Under the pieces are notes generated by a model. That model was not told where the DNA came from, searched no databases, and worked only from the letters and a program-made list of their open reading frames with translations. Positions 1 through 13,600 of a stretch of 64,000 nt of DNA are shown one piece after another. Every line of letters begins with the position of its first letter. The stretch's first letter is position 1. Where the stretch lies: positions 16,430,001 through 16,494,000 of the forward strand of contig OZ059900.1 in NCBI GenBank assembly GCA_964057225.1, given 5' to 3'. This DNA comes from Auanema rhodensis. Its lineage: Eukaryota > Animalia > Nematoda. The translations under genes were made by a program, and so were the position numbers.

Positions 1-342
1 CTAGACGTTGTACGAACAATTTTGAGCTAGGTTTCATTGACATTGCATGAGTTTGAACACATGAAATCGTAAGTCAAAACCTTGTTTACAGCGAAATTTC
101 CAAAAACTGGTTTTCCAGCATAATAAAATATTTCTCATGGGAAATACTGTGTTTTTGTATTTTTCTAGTGTTCAGCATGTAAAATGCTTCATTTTAGTAT
201 GTAACACGCTGAAATTCGTTGCATTTGACGACTCATATGAACAAAAATCGATTTAATCAATATTAGCCATAAGGGGCGTGCCCTCAGAATATGCTAATTT
301 CCTTAATTTTCTAACCCCTGTTTTTTTGTCGTGAAAGTGGAA
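1..342 (+). repeat. Consensus-type monomer (M1), 342 bp, about 34% GC, 10 CpG
   Basis: M1 carries the majority base at every position I compared. Identical copies occur throughout, e.g. M9 (2737), M13, M86, M129, M176. Confidence 0.95.
129..146. other. 18-bp quasi-palindrome TATTTCTCATGGGAAATA in each monomer (8 of 9 pairs)
   Basis: Dyad centred on CATG (136-139) with a single T135/G140 mismatch. First copy shown. Confidence 0.9.
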
Positions 343-3300
343 CTAGACGTTGTACGAACAATTTTGAGCTAAGTTTCATTGACATTGCATGAGTTTGAAC
401 ACATGAAATCGTAAGTCAAAACCTTGTTTACAGCGAAATTTCCAAAAACTGGTTTTCCAGCATAATAAAATATTTGTCATGGGAAATACTGTGTTTTTGT
501 ATTTTTCTAGTGTTCAGCATGTAAAATGCTTCATTTTAGTATGTAACACGCTGAAATTCGTTGCATTTGACGACTCATATGAACAAAAATCGATTTAATC
601 AATATTAGCCATAAGGGGCGTGCCCTCAGAATATGCTAATTTCCTTAATTTTCTAACCCTTGTTTTTTTGTCGTGAAAGTGGAACTAGACGTTGTACGAA
701 CAATTTTGAGCTAGGTTTCATTGACATTGCATGAGTTTGAACACATGAAATCGTAAGTCAAAACCTTGTTTACAGCGAAATTTCCAAAAACTGGTTTTCC
801 AGCATAATAAAATATTTCTCATGGGAAATACTGTGTTTTTGTATTTTTCTAGTGTTCAGCATGTAAAATGCTTCATTTTAGTATGTAACACGCTGAAATT
901 CGTTGCATTTGACGACTCATATGAACAAAAATCGATTTAATCAATATTAGCCATAAGGGGCGTGCCCTCAGAATATGCTAATTTCCTTAATTTTCTAACC
1001 CTTGTTTTTTTGTCGTGAAAGTGGAACTAGACGTTGTACGAACAATTTTGAGCTAGGTTTCATTGACATTGCATGAGTTTGAACACATGAAATCGTAAGT
1101 CAAAACCTTGTTTACAGCGAAATTTCCAAAAACTGGTTTTCCAGCATAATAAAATATTTCTCATGGGAAATACTGTGTTTTTGTATTTTTCTAGTGTTCA
1201 GCATGTAAAATGCTTCATTTTAGTATGTAACACGCTGAAATTCGTTGCATTTGACGACTCATATGAACAAAAATCGATTTAATCAATATTAGCCATAAGG
1301 GGCGTGCCCTCAGAATATGCTAATTTCCTTAATTTTCTAACCCTTGTTTTTTTGTCGTGAAAGTGGAACTAGACGTTGTACGAACAATTTTGAGCTAGGT
1401 TTCATTGACATTGCATGAGTTTGAACACATGAAATCGTAAGTCAAAACCTTGTTTACAGCGAAATTTCCAAAAACTGGTTTTCCAGCATAATAAAATATT
1501 TCTCATGGGAAATACTGTATTTTTGTATTTTTCTAGTGTTCAGCATGTAAAATTCTTCATTTTAGTATGTAACACGCTGAAATTCGTTGCATTTGACGAC
1601 TCATATGAACAAAAATCGATTTAATCAATATTAGCCATAAGGGGCGTGCCCTCAGAATATGCTAATTTCCTTAATTTTCTAACCCCTGTTTTTTTGTCGT
1701 GAAAGTGGAACTAGGCGTTGTACGAACAATTTTGAGCTAGGTTTCATTGACATTGCATGAGTTTGAACACATGAAATCGTAAGTCAAAACCTTGTTTACA
1801 GCGAAATTTCCAAAAACTGGTTTTCCAGCATAATAAAATATTTGTCATGGGAAATACTGTGTTTTTGTATTTTTCTAGTGTTCAGCATGTAAAATGCTTC
1901 ATTTTAGTATGTAACACGCTGAAATTCGTTGCATTTGACGACTCATATGAACAAAAATCGATTTAATCAATATTAGCCATAAGGGGCGTGCCCTCAGAAT
2001 ATGCTAATTTCCTTAATTTTCTAACCCCTGTTTTTTTGTCGTGAAAGTGGAACTAGACGTTGTACGAACAATTTTGAGCTAGGTTTCATTGACATTGCAT
2101 GAGTTTGAACACATGAAATCGTAAGTCAAAACCTTGTTTACAGCGAAATTTCCAAAAACTGGTTTTCCAGCATAATAAAATATTTCTCATGGGAAATACT
2201 GTGTTTTTGTATTTTTCTAGTGTTCAGCATGTTAAATGCTTCATTTTAGTATGTAACACGCTGAAATTCGTTGCATTTGACGACTCATATGAACAAAAAT
2301 CGATTTAATCAATATTAGCCATAAGGGGCGTGCCCTCAGAATATGCTAATTTCCTTAATTTTCTAACCCCTGTTTTTTTGTCGTGAAAGTGGAACTAGAC
2401 GTTGTACGAACAATTTTGAGCTAGGTTTCATTAACATTGCATGAGTTTGAACACATGAAATCGTAAGTCAAAACCTTGTTTACAGCGAAATTTCCAAAAA
2501 CTGGTTTTCCAGCATAATAAAATATTTCTCATGGGAAATACTGTGTTTTTGTATTTTTCTAGTGTTCAGCATGTAAAATGCTTCATTTTAGTATGTAACA
2601 CGCTGAAATTCGTTGCATTTGACGACTCATATGAACAAAAATCGATTTAATCAATATTAGCCATAAGGGGCGTGCCCTCAGAATATGCTAATTTCCTTAA
2701 TTTTCTAACCCCTGTTTTTTTGTCGTGAAAGTGGAACTAGACGTTGTACGAACAATTTTGAGCTAGGTTTCATTGACATTGCATGAGTTTGAACACATGA
2801 AATCGTAAGTCAAAACCTTGTTTACAGCGAAATTTCCAAAAACTGGTTTTCCAGCATAATAAAATATTTCTCATGGGAAATACTGTGTTTTTGTATTTTT
2901 CTAGTGTTCAGCATGTAAAATGCTTCATTTTAGTATGTAACACGCTGAAATTCGTTGCATTTGACGACTCATATGAACAAAAATCGATTTAATCAATATT
3001 AGCCATAAGGGGCGTGCCCTCAGAATATGCTAATTTCCTTAATTTTCTAACCCCTGTTTTTTTGTCGTGAAAGTGGAACTAGACGTTGTACGAACAATTT
3101 TGAGCTAAGTTTCATTGACATTGCATGAGTTTGAACACATGAAATCGTAAGTCAAAACCTTGTTTACAGCGAAATTTCCAAAAACTGGTTTTCCAGCATA
3201 ATAAAATATTTGTCATGGGAAATACTGTGTTTTTGTATTTTTCTAGTGTTCAGCATGTAAAATGCTTCATTTTAGTATGTAACACGCTGAAATTCGTTGC

Positions 3301-6300
3301 ATTTGACGACTCATATGAACAAAAATCGATTTAATCAATATTAGCCATAAGGGGCGTGCCCTCAGAATATGCTAATTTCCTTAATTTTCTAACCCCTGTT
3401 TTTTTGTCGTGAAAGTGGAACTAGACGTTGTACGAACAATTTTGAGCTAGGTTTCATTGACATTGCATGAGTTTGAACACATGAAATCGTAAGTCAAAAC
3501 CTTGTTTACAGCGAAATTTCCAAAAACTGGTTTTCCAGCATAATAAAATATTTCTCATGGGAAATACTGTGTTTTTGTATTTTTCTAGTGTTTAGCATGT
3601 TAAATGCTTCATTTTAGTATGTAACACGCTGAAATTCGTTGCATTTGACGACTCATATGAACAAAAATCGATTTAATCAATATTAGCCATAAGGGGCGTG
3701 CCCTCAGAATATGCTAATTTCCTTAATTTTCTAACCCCTGTTTTTTTGTCGTGAAAGTGGAACTAGACGTTGTACGAACAATTTTGAGCTAGGTTTCATT
3801 AACATTGCATGAGTTTGAACACATGAAATCGTAAGTCAAAACCTTGTTTACAGCGAAATTTCCAAAAACTGGTTTTCCAGCATAATAAAATATTTCTCAT
3901 GGGAAATACTGTGTTTTTGTATTTTTCTAGTGTTCAGCATGTAAAATGCTTCATTTTAGTATGTAACACGCTGAAATTCGTTGCATTTGACGACTCATAT
4001 GAACAAAAATCGATTTAATCAATATTAGCCATAAGGGGCGTGCCCTCAGAATATGCTAATTTCCTTAATTTTCTAACCCCTGTTTTTTTGTCGTGAAAGT
4101 GGAACTAGACGTTGTACGAACAATTTTGAGCTAGGTTTCATTGACATTGCATGAGTTTGAACACATGAAATCGTAAGTCAAAACCTTGTTTACAGCGAAA
4201 TTTCCAAAAACTGGTTTTCCAGCATAATAAAATATTTCTCATGGGAAATACTGTGTTTTTGTATTTTTCTAGTGTTCAGCATGTAAAATGCTTCATTTTA
4301 GTATGTAACACGCTGAAATTCGTTGCATTTGACGACTCATATGAACAAAAATCGATTTAATCAATATTAGCCATAAGGGGCGTGCCCTCAGAATATGCTA
4401 ATTTCCTTAATTTTCTAACCCCTGTTTTTTTGTCGTGAAAGTGGAACTAGACGTTGTACGAACAATTTTGAGCTAAGTTTCATTGACATTGCATGAGTTT
4501 GAACACATGAAATCGTAAGTCAAAACCTTGTTTACAGCGAAATTTCCAAAAACTGGTTTTCCAGCATAATAAAATATTTCTCATGGGAAATACTGTGTTT
4601 TTGTATTTTTCTAGTGTTCAGCATGTAAAATGCTTCATTTTAGTATGTAACACGCTGAAATTCGTTGCATTTGACGACTCATATGAACAAAAATCGATTT
4701 AATCAATATTAGCCATAAGGGGCGTGCCCTCAGAATATGCTAATTTCCTTAATTTTCTAACCCCTGTTTTTTTGTCGTGAAAGTGGAACTAGACGTTGTA
4801 CGAACAATTTTGAGCTAGGTTTCATTGACATTGCATGAGTTTGAACACATGAAATCGTAAGTCAAAACCTTGTTTACAGCGAAATTTCCAAAAACTGGTT
4901 TTCCAGCATAATAAAATATTTCTCATGGGAAATACTGTGTTTTTGTATTTTTCTAGTGTTCAGCATGTAAAATGCTTCATTTTAGTATGTAACACGCTGA
5001 AATTCGTTGCATTTGACGACTCATATGAACAAAAATCGATTTAATCAATATTAGCCATAAGGGGCGTGCCCTCAGAATATGCTAATTTCCTTAATTTTCT
5101 AACCCCTGTTTTTTTGTCGTGAAAGTGGAACTAGACGTTGTACGAACAATTTTGAGCTAGGTTTCATTGACATTGCATGAGTTTGAACACATGAAATCGT
5201 AAGTCAAAACCTTGTTTACAGCGAAATTTCCAAAAACTGGTTTTCCAGCATAATAAAATATTTCTCATGGGAAATACTGTGTTTTTGTATTTTTCTAGTG
5301 TTCAGCATGTAAAATGCTTCATTTTAGTATGTAACACGCTGAAATTCGTTGCATTTGACGACTCATATGAACAAAAATCGATTTAATCAATATTAGCCAT
5401 AAGGGGCGTGCCCTCAGAATATGCTAATTTCCTTAATTTTCTAACCCCTGTTTTTTTGTCGTGAAAGTGGAACTAGACGTTGTACGAACAATTTTGAGCT
5501 AAGTTTCATTGACATTGCATGAGTTTGAACACATGAAATCGTAAGTCAAAACCTTGTTTACAGCGAAATTTCCAAAAACTGGTTTTCCAGCATAATAAAA
5601 TATTTCTCATGGGAAATACTGTGTTTTTGTTTTTTTCTAGTGTTCAGCATGTAAAATGCTTCATTTTAGTATGTAACACGCTGAAATTCGTTGCATTTGA
5701 CGACTCATATGAACAAAAATCGATTTAATCAATATTAGCCATAAGGGGCGTGCCCTCAGAATATACTAATTTCCTTAATTTTCTAACCCCTGTTTTTTTG
5801 TCGTGAAAGTGGAACTAGACGTTGTACGAACAATTTTGAGCTAGGTTTCATTGACATTGCATGAGTTTGAACACATGAAATCGTAAGTCAAAACCTTGTT
5901 TACAGCGAAATTTCCAAAAACTGGTTTTCCAGCATAATAAAATATTTCTCATGGGAAATACTGTGTTTTTGTATTTTTCTAGTGTTCAGCATGTAAAATG
6001 CTTCATTTTAGTATGTAACACGCTGAAATTCGTTGCATTTGACGACTCATATGAACCAAAATCGATTTAATCAATATTAGCCATAAGGGGCGTGCCCTCA
6101 GAATATGCTAATTTCCTTAATTTTCTAACCCTTGTTTTTTTGTCGTGAAAGTGGAACTAGACGTTGTACGAACAATTTTGAGCTAGGTTTCATTGACATT
6201 GCATGAGTTTGAACACATGAAATCGTAAGTCAAAACCTTGTTTACAGCGAAATTTCCAAAAACTGGTTTTCCAGCATAATAAAATATTTCTCATGGGAAA

Positions 6301-9300
6301 TACTGTGTTTTTGTATTTTTCTAGTGTTCAGCATGTAAAATGCTTCATTTTAGTATGTAACACGCTGAAATTCGTTGCATTTGACGACTCATATGAACAA
6401 AAATCGATTTAATCAATATTAGCCATAAGGGGCGTGCCCTCAGAATATGCTAATTTCCTTAATTTTCTAACCCCTGTTTTTTTGTCGTGAAAGTGGAACT
6501 AGACGTTGTACGAACAATTTTGAGCTAGGTTTCATTAACATTGCATGAGTTTGAACACATGAAATCGTAAGTCAAAACCTTGTTTACAGCGAAATTTCCA
6601 AAAACTGGTTTTCCAGCATAATAAAATATTTCTCATGGGAAATACTGTGTTTTTGTATTTTTCTAGTGTTCAGCATGTAAAATGCTTCATTTTAGTATGT
6701 AACACGCTGAAATTCGTTGCATTTGACGACTCATATGAACAAAAATCGATTTAATCAATATTAGCCATAAGGGGCGTGCCCTCAGAATATGCTAATTTCC
6801 TTAATTTTCTAACCCCTGTTTTTTTGTCGTGAAAGTGGAACTAGACGTTGTACGAACAATTTTGAGCTAGGTTTCATTGACATTGCATGAGTTTGAACAC
6901 ATGAAATCGTAAGTCAAAACCTTGTTTACAGCGAAATTTCCAAAAACTGGTTTTCCAGCATAATAAAATATTTCTCATGGGAAATACTGTGTTTTTGTAT
7001 TTTTCTAGTGTTCAGCATGTAAAATGCTTCATTTTAGTATGTAACACGCTGAAATTCGTTGCATTTGACGACTCATATGAACAAAAATCGATTTAATCAA
7101 TATTAGCCATAAGGGGCGTGCCCTCAGAATATGCTAATTTCCTTAATTTTCTAACCCCTGTTTTTTTGTCGTGAAAGTGGAACTAGACGTTGTACGAACA
7201 ATTTTGAGCTAAGTTTCATTGACATTGCATGAGTTTGAACACATGAAATCGTAAGTCAAAACCTTGTTTACAGCGAAATTTCCAAAAACTGGTTTTCCAG
7301 CATAATAAAATATTTCTCATGGGAAATACTGTGTTTTTGTTTTTTTCTAGTGTTCAGCATGTAAAATGCTTCATTTTAGTATGTAACACGCTGAAATTCG
7401 TTGCATTTGACGACTCATATGAACAAAAATCGATTTAATCAATATTAGCCATAAGGGGCGTGCCCTCAGAATATACTAATTTCCTTAATTTTCTAACCCC
7501 TGTTTTTTTGTCGTGAAAGTGGAACTAGACGTTGTACGAACAATTTTGAGCTAGGTTTCATTGACATTGCATGAGTTTGAACACATGAAATCGTAAGTCA
7601 AAACCTTGTTTACAGCGAAATTTCCAAAAACTGGTTTTCCAGCATAATAAAATATTTCTCATGGGAAATACTGTGTTTTTGTATTTTTCTAGTGTTCAGC
7701 ATGTAAAATGCTTCATTTTAGTATGTAACACGCTGAAATTCGTTGCATTTGACGACTCATATGAACAAAAATCGATTTAATCAATATTAGCCATAAGGGG
7801 CGTGCCCTCAGAATATGCTAATTTCCTTAATTTTCTAACCCCTGTTTTTTTGTCGTGAAAGTGGAACTAGGCGTTGTACGAACAATTTTGAGCTAGGTTT
7901 CATTGACATTGCATGAGTTTGAACACATGAAATCGTAAGTCAAAACCTTGTTTACAGCGAAATTTCCAAAAACTGGTTTTCCAGCATAATAAAATATTTC
8001 TCATGGGAAATACTGTGTTTTTGTATTTTTCTAGTGTTCAGCATGTAAAATGCTTCATTTTAGTATGTAACACGCTGAAATTCGTTGCATTTGACGACTC
8101 ATATGAACAAAAATCGATTTAATCAATATTAGCCATAAGGGGCGTGCCCTCAGAATATGCTAATTTCCTTAATTTTCTAACCCCTGTTTTTTTGTCGTGA
8201 AAGTGGAACTAGACGTTGTACGAACAATTTTGAGCTAGGTTTCATTGACATTGCATGAGTTTGAACACATGAAATCGTAAGTCAAAACCTTGTTTACAGC
8301 GAAATTTCCAAAAACTGGTTTTCCAGCATAATAAAATATTTCTCATGGGAAATACTGTGTTTTTGTATTTTTCTAGTGTTCAGCATGTTAAATGCTTCAT
8401 TTTAGTATGTAACACGCTGAAATTCGTTGCATTTGACGACTCATATGAACAAAAATCGATTTAATCAATATTAGCCATAAGGGGCGTGCCCTCAGAATAT
8501 GCTAATTTCCTTAATTTTCTAACCCCTGTTTTTTTGTCGTGAAAGTGGAACTAGACGTTGTACGAACAATTTTGAGCTAGGTTTCATTAACATTGCATGA
8601 GTTTGAACACATGAAATCGTAAGTCAAAACCTTGTTTACAGCGAAATTTCCAAAAACTGGTTTTCCAGCATAATAAAATATTTCTCATGGGAAATACTGT
8701 GTTTTTGTATTTTTCTAGTGTTCAGCATGTAAAATGCTTCATTTTAGTATGTAACACGCTGAAATTCGTTGCATTTGACGACTCATATGAACAAAAATCG
8801 ATTTAATCAATATTAGCCATAAGGGGCGTGCCCTCAGAATATGCTAATTTCCTTAATTTTCTAACCCCTGTTTTTTTGTCGTGAAAGTGGAACTAGACGT
8901 TGTACGAACAATTTTGAGCTAGGTTTCATTGACATTGCATGAGTTTGAACACATGAAATCGTAAGTCAAAACCTTGTTTACAGCGAAATTTCCAAAAACT
9001 GGTTTTCCAGCATAATAAAATATTTCTCATGGGAAATACTGTGTTTTTGTATTTTTCTAGTGTTCAGCATGTAAAATGCTTCATTTTAGTATGTAACACG
9101 CTGAAATTCGTTGCATTTGACGACTCATATGAACAAAAATCGATTTAATCAATATTAGCCATAAGGGGCGTGCCCTCAGAATATGCTAATTTCCTTAATT
9201 TTCTAACCCCTGTTTTTTTGTCGTGAAAGTGGAACTAGACGTTGTACGAACAATTTTGAGCTAAGTTTCATTGACATTGCATGAGTTTGAACACATGAAA

Positions 9301-10602
9301 TCGTAAGTCAAAACCTTGTTTACAGCGAAATTTCCAAAAACTGGTTTTCCAGCATAATAAAATATTTCTCATGGGAAATACTGTGTTTTTGTTTTTTTCT
9401 AGTGTTCAGCATGTAAAATGCTTCATTTTAGTATGTAACACGCTGAAATTCGTTGCATTTGACGACTCATATGAACAAAAATCGATTTAATCAATATTAG
9501 CCATAAGGGGCGTGCCCTCAGAATATACTAATTTCCTTAATTTTCTAACCCCTGTTTTTTTGTCGTGAAAGTGGAACTAGACGTTGTACGAACAATTTTG
9601 AGCTAGGTTTCATTGACATTGCATGAGTTTGAACACATGAAATCGTAAGTCAAAACCTTGTTTACAGCGAAATTTCCAAAAACTGGTTTTCCAGCATAAT
9701 AAAATATTTCTCATGGGAAATACTGTGTTTTTGTATTTTTCTAGTGTTCAGCATATAAAATGCTTCATTTTAGTATGTAACACGCTGAAATTCGTTGCAT
9801 TTGACGACTCATATGAACAAAAATCGATTTAATCAATATTAGCCATAAGGGGCGTGCCCTCAGAATATGCTAATTTCCTTAATTTTCTAACCCCTGTTTT
9901 TTTGTCGTGAAAGTGGAACTAGACGTTGTACGAACAATTTTGAGCTAAGTTTCATTGACATTGCATGAGTTTGAACACATGAAATCGTAAGTCAAAACCT
10001 TGTTTACAGCGAAATTTCCAAAAACTGGTTTTCCAGCATAATAAAATATTTCTCATGGGAAATACTGTGTTTTTGTTTTTTTCTAGTGTTCAGCATGTAA
10101 AATGCTTCATTTTAGTATGTAACACGCTGAAATTCGTTGCATTTGACGACTCATATGAACAAAAATCGATTTAATCAATATTAGCCATAAGGGGCGTGCC
10201 CTCAGAATATACTAATTTCCTTAATTTTCTAACCCCTGTTTTTTTGTCGTGAAAGTGGAACTAGACGTTGTACGAACAATTTTGAGCTAGGTTTCATTGA
10301 CATTGCATGAGTTTGAACACATGAAATCGTAAGTCAAAACCTTGTTTACAGCGAAATTTCCAAAAACTGGTTTTCCAGCATAATAAAATATTTCTCATGG
10401 GAAATACTGTGTTTTTGTATTTTTCTAGTGTTCAGCATATAAAATGCTTCATTTTAGTATGTAACACGCTGAAATTCGTTGCATTTGACGACTCATATGA
10501 ACAAAAATCGATTTAATCAATATTAGCCATAAGGGGCGTGCCCTCAGAATATGCTAATTTCCTTAATTTTCTAACCCCTGTTTTTTTGTCGTGAAAGTGG
10601 AA

Positions 10603-13600
10603 CTAGACGTTGTACAAACAATTTTGAGCTAGGTTTCATTGACATTGCATGAGTTTGAACACATGAAATCGTAAGTCAAAACCTTGTTTACAGCGAAATT
10701 TCCAAAAACTGGTTTTCCAGCATAATAAAATATTTCTCATGGGAAATACTGTGTTTTTGTATTTTTCTAGTGTTCAGCATGTAAAATGCTTCATTTTAGT
10801 ATGTAACACGCTGAAATTCGTTGCATTTGACAACTCATATGAACAAAAATCGATTTAATCAATATTAGCCATAAGGGGCGTGCCCTCAGAATATACTAAT
10901 TTCCTTAATTTTCTAACCCCTGTTTTTTTGTCGTGAAAGTGGAACTAGACGTTGTACGAACAATTTTGAGCTAGGTTTCATTGACATTGCATGAGTTTGA
11001 ACACATGAAATCGTAAGTCAAAACCTTGTTTACAGCGAAATTTCCAAAAACTGGTTTTCCAGCATAATAAAATATTTCTCATGGGAAATACTGTGTTTTT
11101 GTATTTTTCTAGTGTTCAGCATGTAAAATGCTTCATTTTAGTATGTAACACGCTGAAATTCGTTGCATTTGACGACTCATATGAACCAAAATCGATTTAA
11201 TCAATATTAGCCATAAGGGGCGTGCCCTCAGAATATGCTAATTTCCTTAATTTTCTAACCCTTGTTTTTTTGTCGTGAAAGTGGAACTAGACGTTGTACG
11301 ATTAATTTTGAGCTAGGTTTCATTGACATTGCATGAGTTTGAACACATGAAATCGTAAGTCAAAACCTTGTTTACAGCGAAATTTCCAAAAACTGGTTTT
11401 CCAGCATAATAAAATATTTCTCATGGGAAATACTGTGTTTTTGTATTTTTCTAGTGTTCAGCATGTAAAATGCTTCATTTTAGTATGTAACACGCTGAAA
11501 TTCGTTGCATTTGACGACTCATATGAACAAAAATCGATTTAATCAATATTAGCCATAAGGGACGTGCCCTCAGAATATGCTAATTTCCTTAATTTTCTAA
11601 CCCCTGTTTTTTTGTCGTGAAAGTGGAACTAGACGTTGTACGAACAATTTTGAGCTAAGTTTCATTGACATTGCATGAGTTTGAACACATGAAATCGTAA
11701 GTCAAAACCTTGTTTACAGCGAAATTTCCAAAAACTGGTTTTCCAGCATAATAAAATATTTCTCATGGGAAATACTGTGTTTTTGTTTTTTTCTAGTGTT
11801 CAGCATGTAAAATGCTTCATTTTAGTATGTAACATGCAGAAATTCGTTGCATTTGACGACTCATATGAACAAAAATCGATTTAATCAATATTAGCCATAA
11901 GGGGCGTGCCCTCAGAATATGCTAATTTCCTTAATTTTCTAACCCCTGTTTTTTTGTCGTGAAAGTGGAACTAGACGTTGTACGAACAATTTTGAGCTAG
12001 GTTTCATTGACATTGCATGAGTTTGAACACATGAAATCGTAAGTCAAAACCTTGTTTACAGCGAAATTTCCAAAAACTGGTTTTCCAGCATAATAAAATA
12101 TTTCTCATGGGAAATACTGTGTTTTTGTTTTTTTCTAGTGTTCAGCATGTAAAATGCTTCATTTTAGTATGTAACACGCTGAAATTCGTTGCATTTGACG
12201 ACTCATATGAACAAAAATCGATTTAATCAATATTAGCCATAAGGGGCGTGCCCTCAGAATATACTAATTTCCTTAATTTTCTAACCCCTGTTTTTTTGTC
12301 GTGAAAGTGGAACTAGACGTTGTACGAACAATTTTGAGCTAGGTTTCATTGACATTGCATGAGTTTGAACACATGAAATCGTAAGTCAAAACCTTGTTTA
12401 CAGCGAAATTTCCAAAAACTGGTTTTCCAGCATAATAAAATATTTCTCATGGGAAATACTGTGTTTTTGTATTTTTCTAGTGTTCAGCATGTAAAATGCT
12501 TCATTTTAGTATGTAACACGCTGAAATTCGTTGCATTTGACAACTCATATGAACAAAAATCGATTTAATCAATATTAGCCATAAGGGGCGTGCCCTCAGA
12601 ATATACTAATTTCCTTAATTTTCTAACCCCTGTTTTTTTGTCGTGAAAGTGGAACTAGACGTTGTACGAACAATTTTGAGCTAGGTTTCATTGACATTGC
12701 ATGAGTTTGAACACATGAAATCGTAAGTCAAAACCTTGTTTACAGCGAAATTTCCAAAAACTGGTTTTCCAGCATAATAAAATATTTCTCATGGGAAATA
12801 CTGTGTTTTTGTATTTTTCTAGTGTTCAGCATGTAAAATGCTTCATTTTAGTATGTAACACGCTGAAATTCGTTGCATTTGACGACTCATATGAACAAAA
12901 ATCGATTTAATCAATATTAGCCATAAGGGGCGTGCCCTCAGAATATACTAATTTCCTTAATTTTCTAACCCCTGTTTTTTTGTCGTGAAAGTGGAACTAG
13001 ACGTTGTACAAACAATTTTGAGCTAGGTTTCATTGACATTGCATGAGTTTGAACACATGAAATCGTAAGTCAAAACCTTGTTTACAGCGAAATTTCCAAA
13101 AACTGGTTTTCCAGCATAATAAAATATTTCTCATGGGAAATACTGTGTTTTTGTATTTTTCTAGTGTTCAGCATGTAAAATGCTTCATTTTAGTATGTAA
13201 CACGCTGAAATTCGTTGCATTTGACAACTCATATGAACAAAAATCGATTTAATCAATATTAGCCATAAGGGGCGTGCCCTCAGAATATACTAATTTCCTT
13301 AATTTTCTAACCCCTGTTTTTTTGTCGTGAAAGTGGAACTAGACGTTGTACGAACAATTTTGAGCTAGGTTTCATTGACATTGCATGAGTTTGAACACAT
13401 GAAATCGTAAGTCAAAACCTTGTTTACAGCGAAATTTCCAAAAACTGGTTTTCCAGCATAATAAAATATTTCTCATGGGAAATACTGTGTTTTTGTATTT
13501 TTCTAGTGTTCAGCATGTAAAATGCTTCATTTTAGTATGTAACACGCTGAAATTCGTTGCATTTGACGACTCATATGAACCAAAATCGATTTAATCAATA

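Noticed and set aside
214-230. CENP-B box (ATTCGTTGCATTTGACG vs NTTCGNNNNANNCGGGN)
   Set aside because: TTCG and the central A match, but the essential CGGG is TGAC (6 of 9 core positions), so it would not be a canonical binding site.
311-318. Telomeric motif CTAACCC(T)
   Set aside because: A single unit per monomer, not tandem, and expected by chance.
272-327. Intrinsic terminator or promoter (GC dyad plus T tract)
   Set aside because: The stem is only 4 bp and lies about 35 bp from the T run, with no gene context.
1-342. Primate alpha-satellite dimer (2x171 bp)
   Set aside because: Only the length matches. The sequence does not resemble the alphoid consensus as I know it.
1-342. Tandem 5S rRNA, tRNA, snRNA or spliced-leader gene repeat
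   Set aside because: I found no recognisable 5S, tRNA or SL sequence, cloverleaf or A/B/C boxes. The T7 tract alone is insufficient. An Rfam cmscan would settle it.
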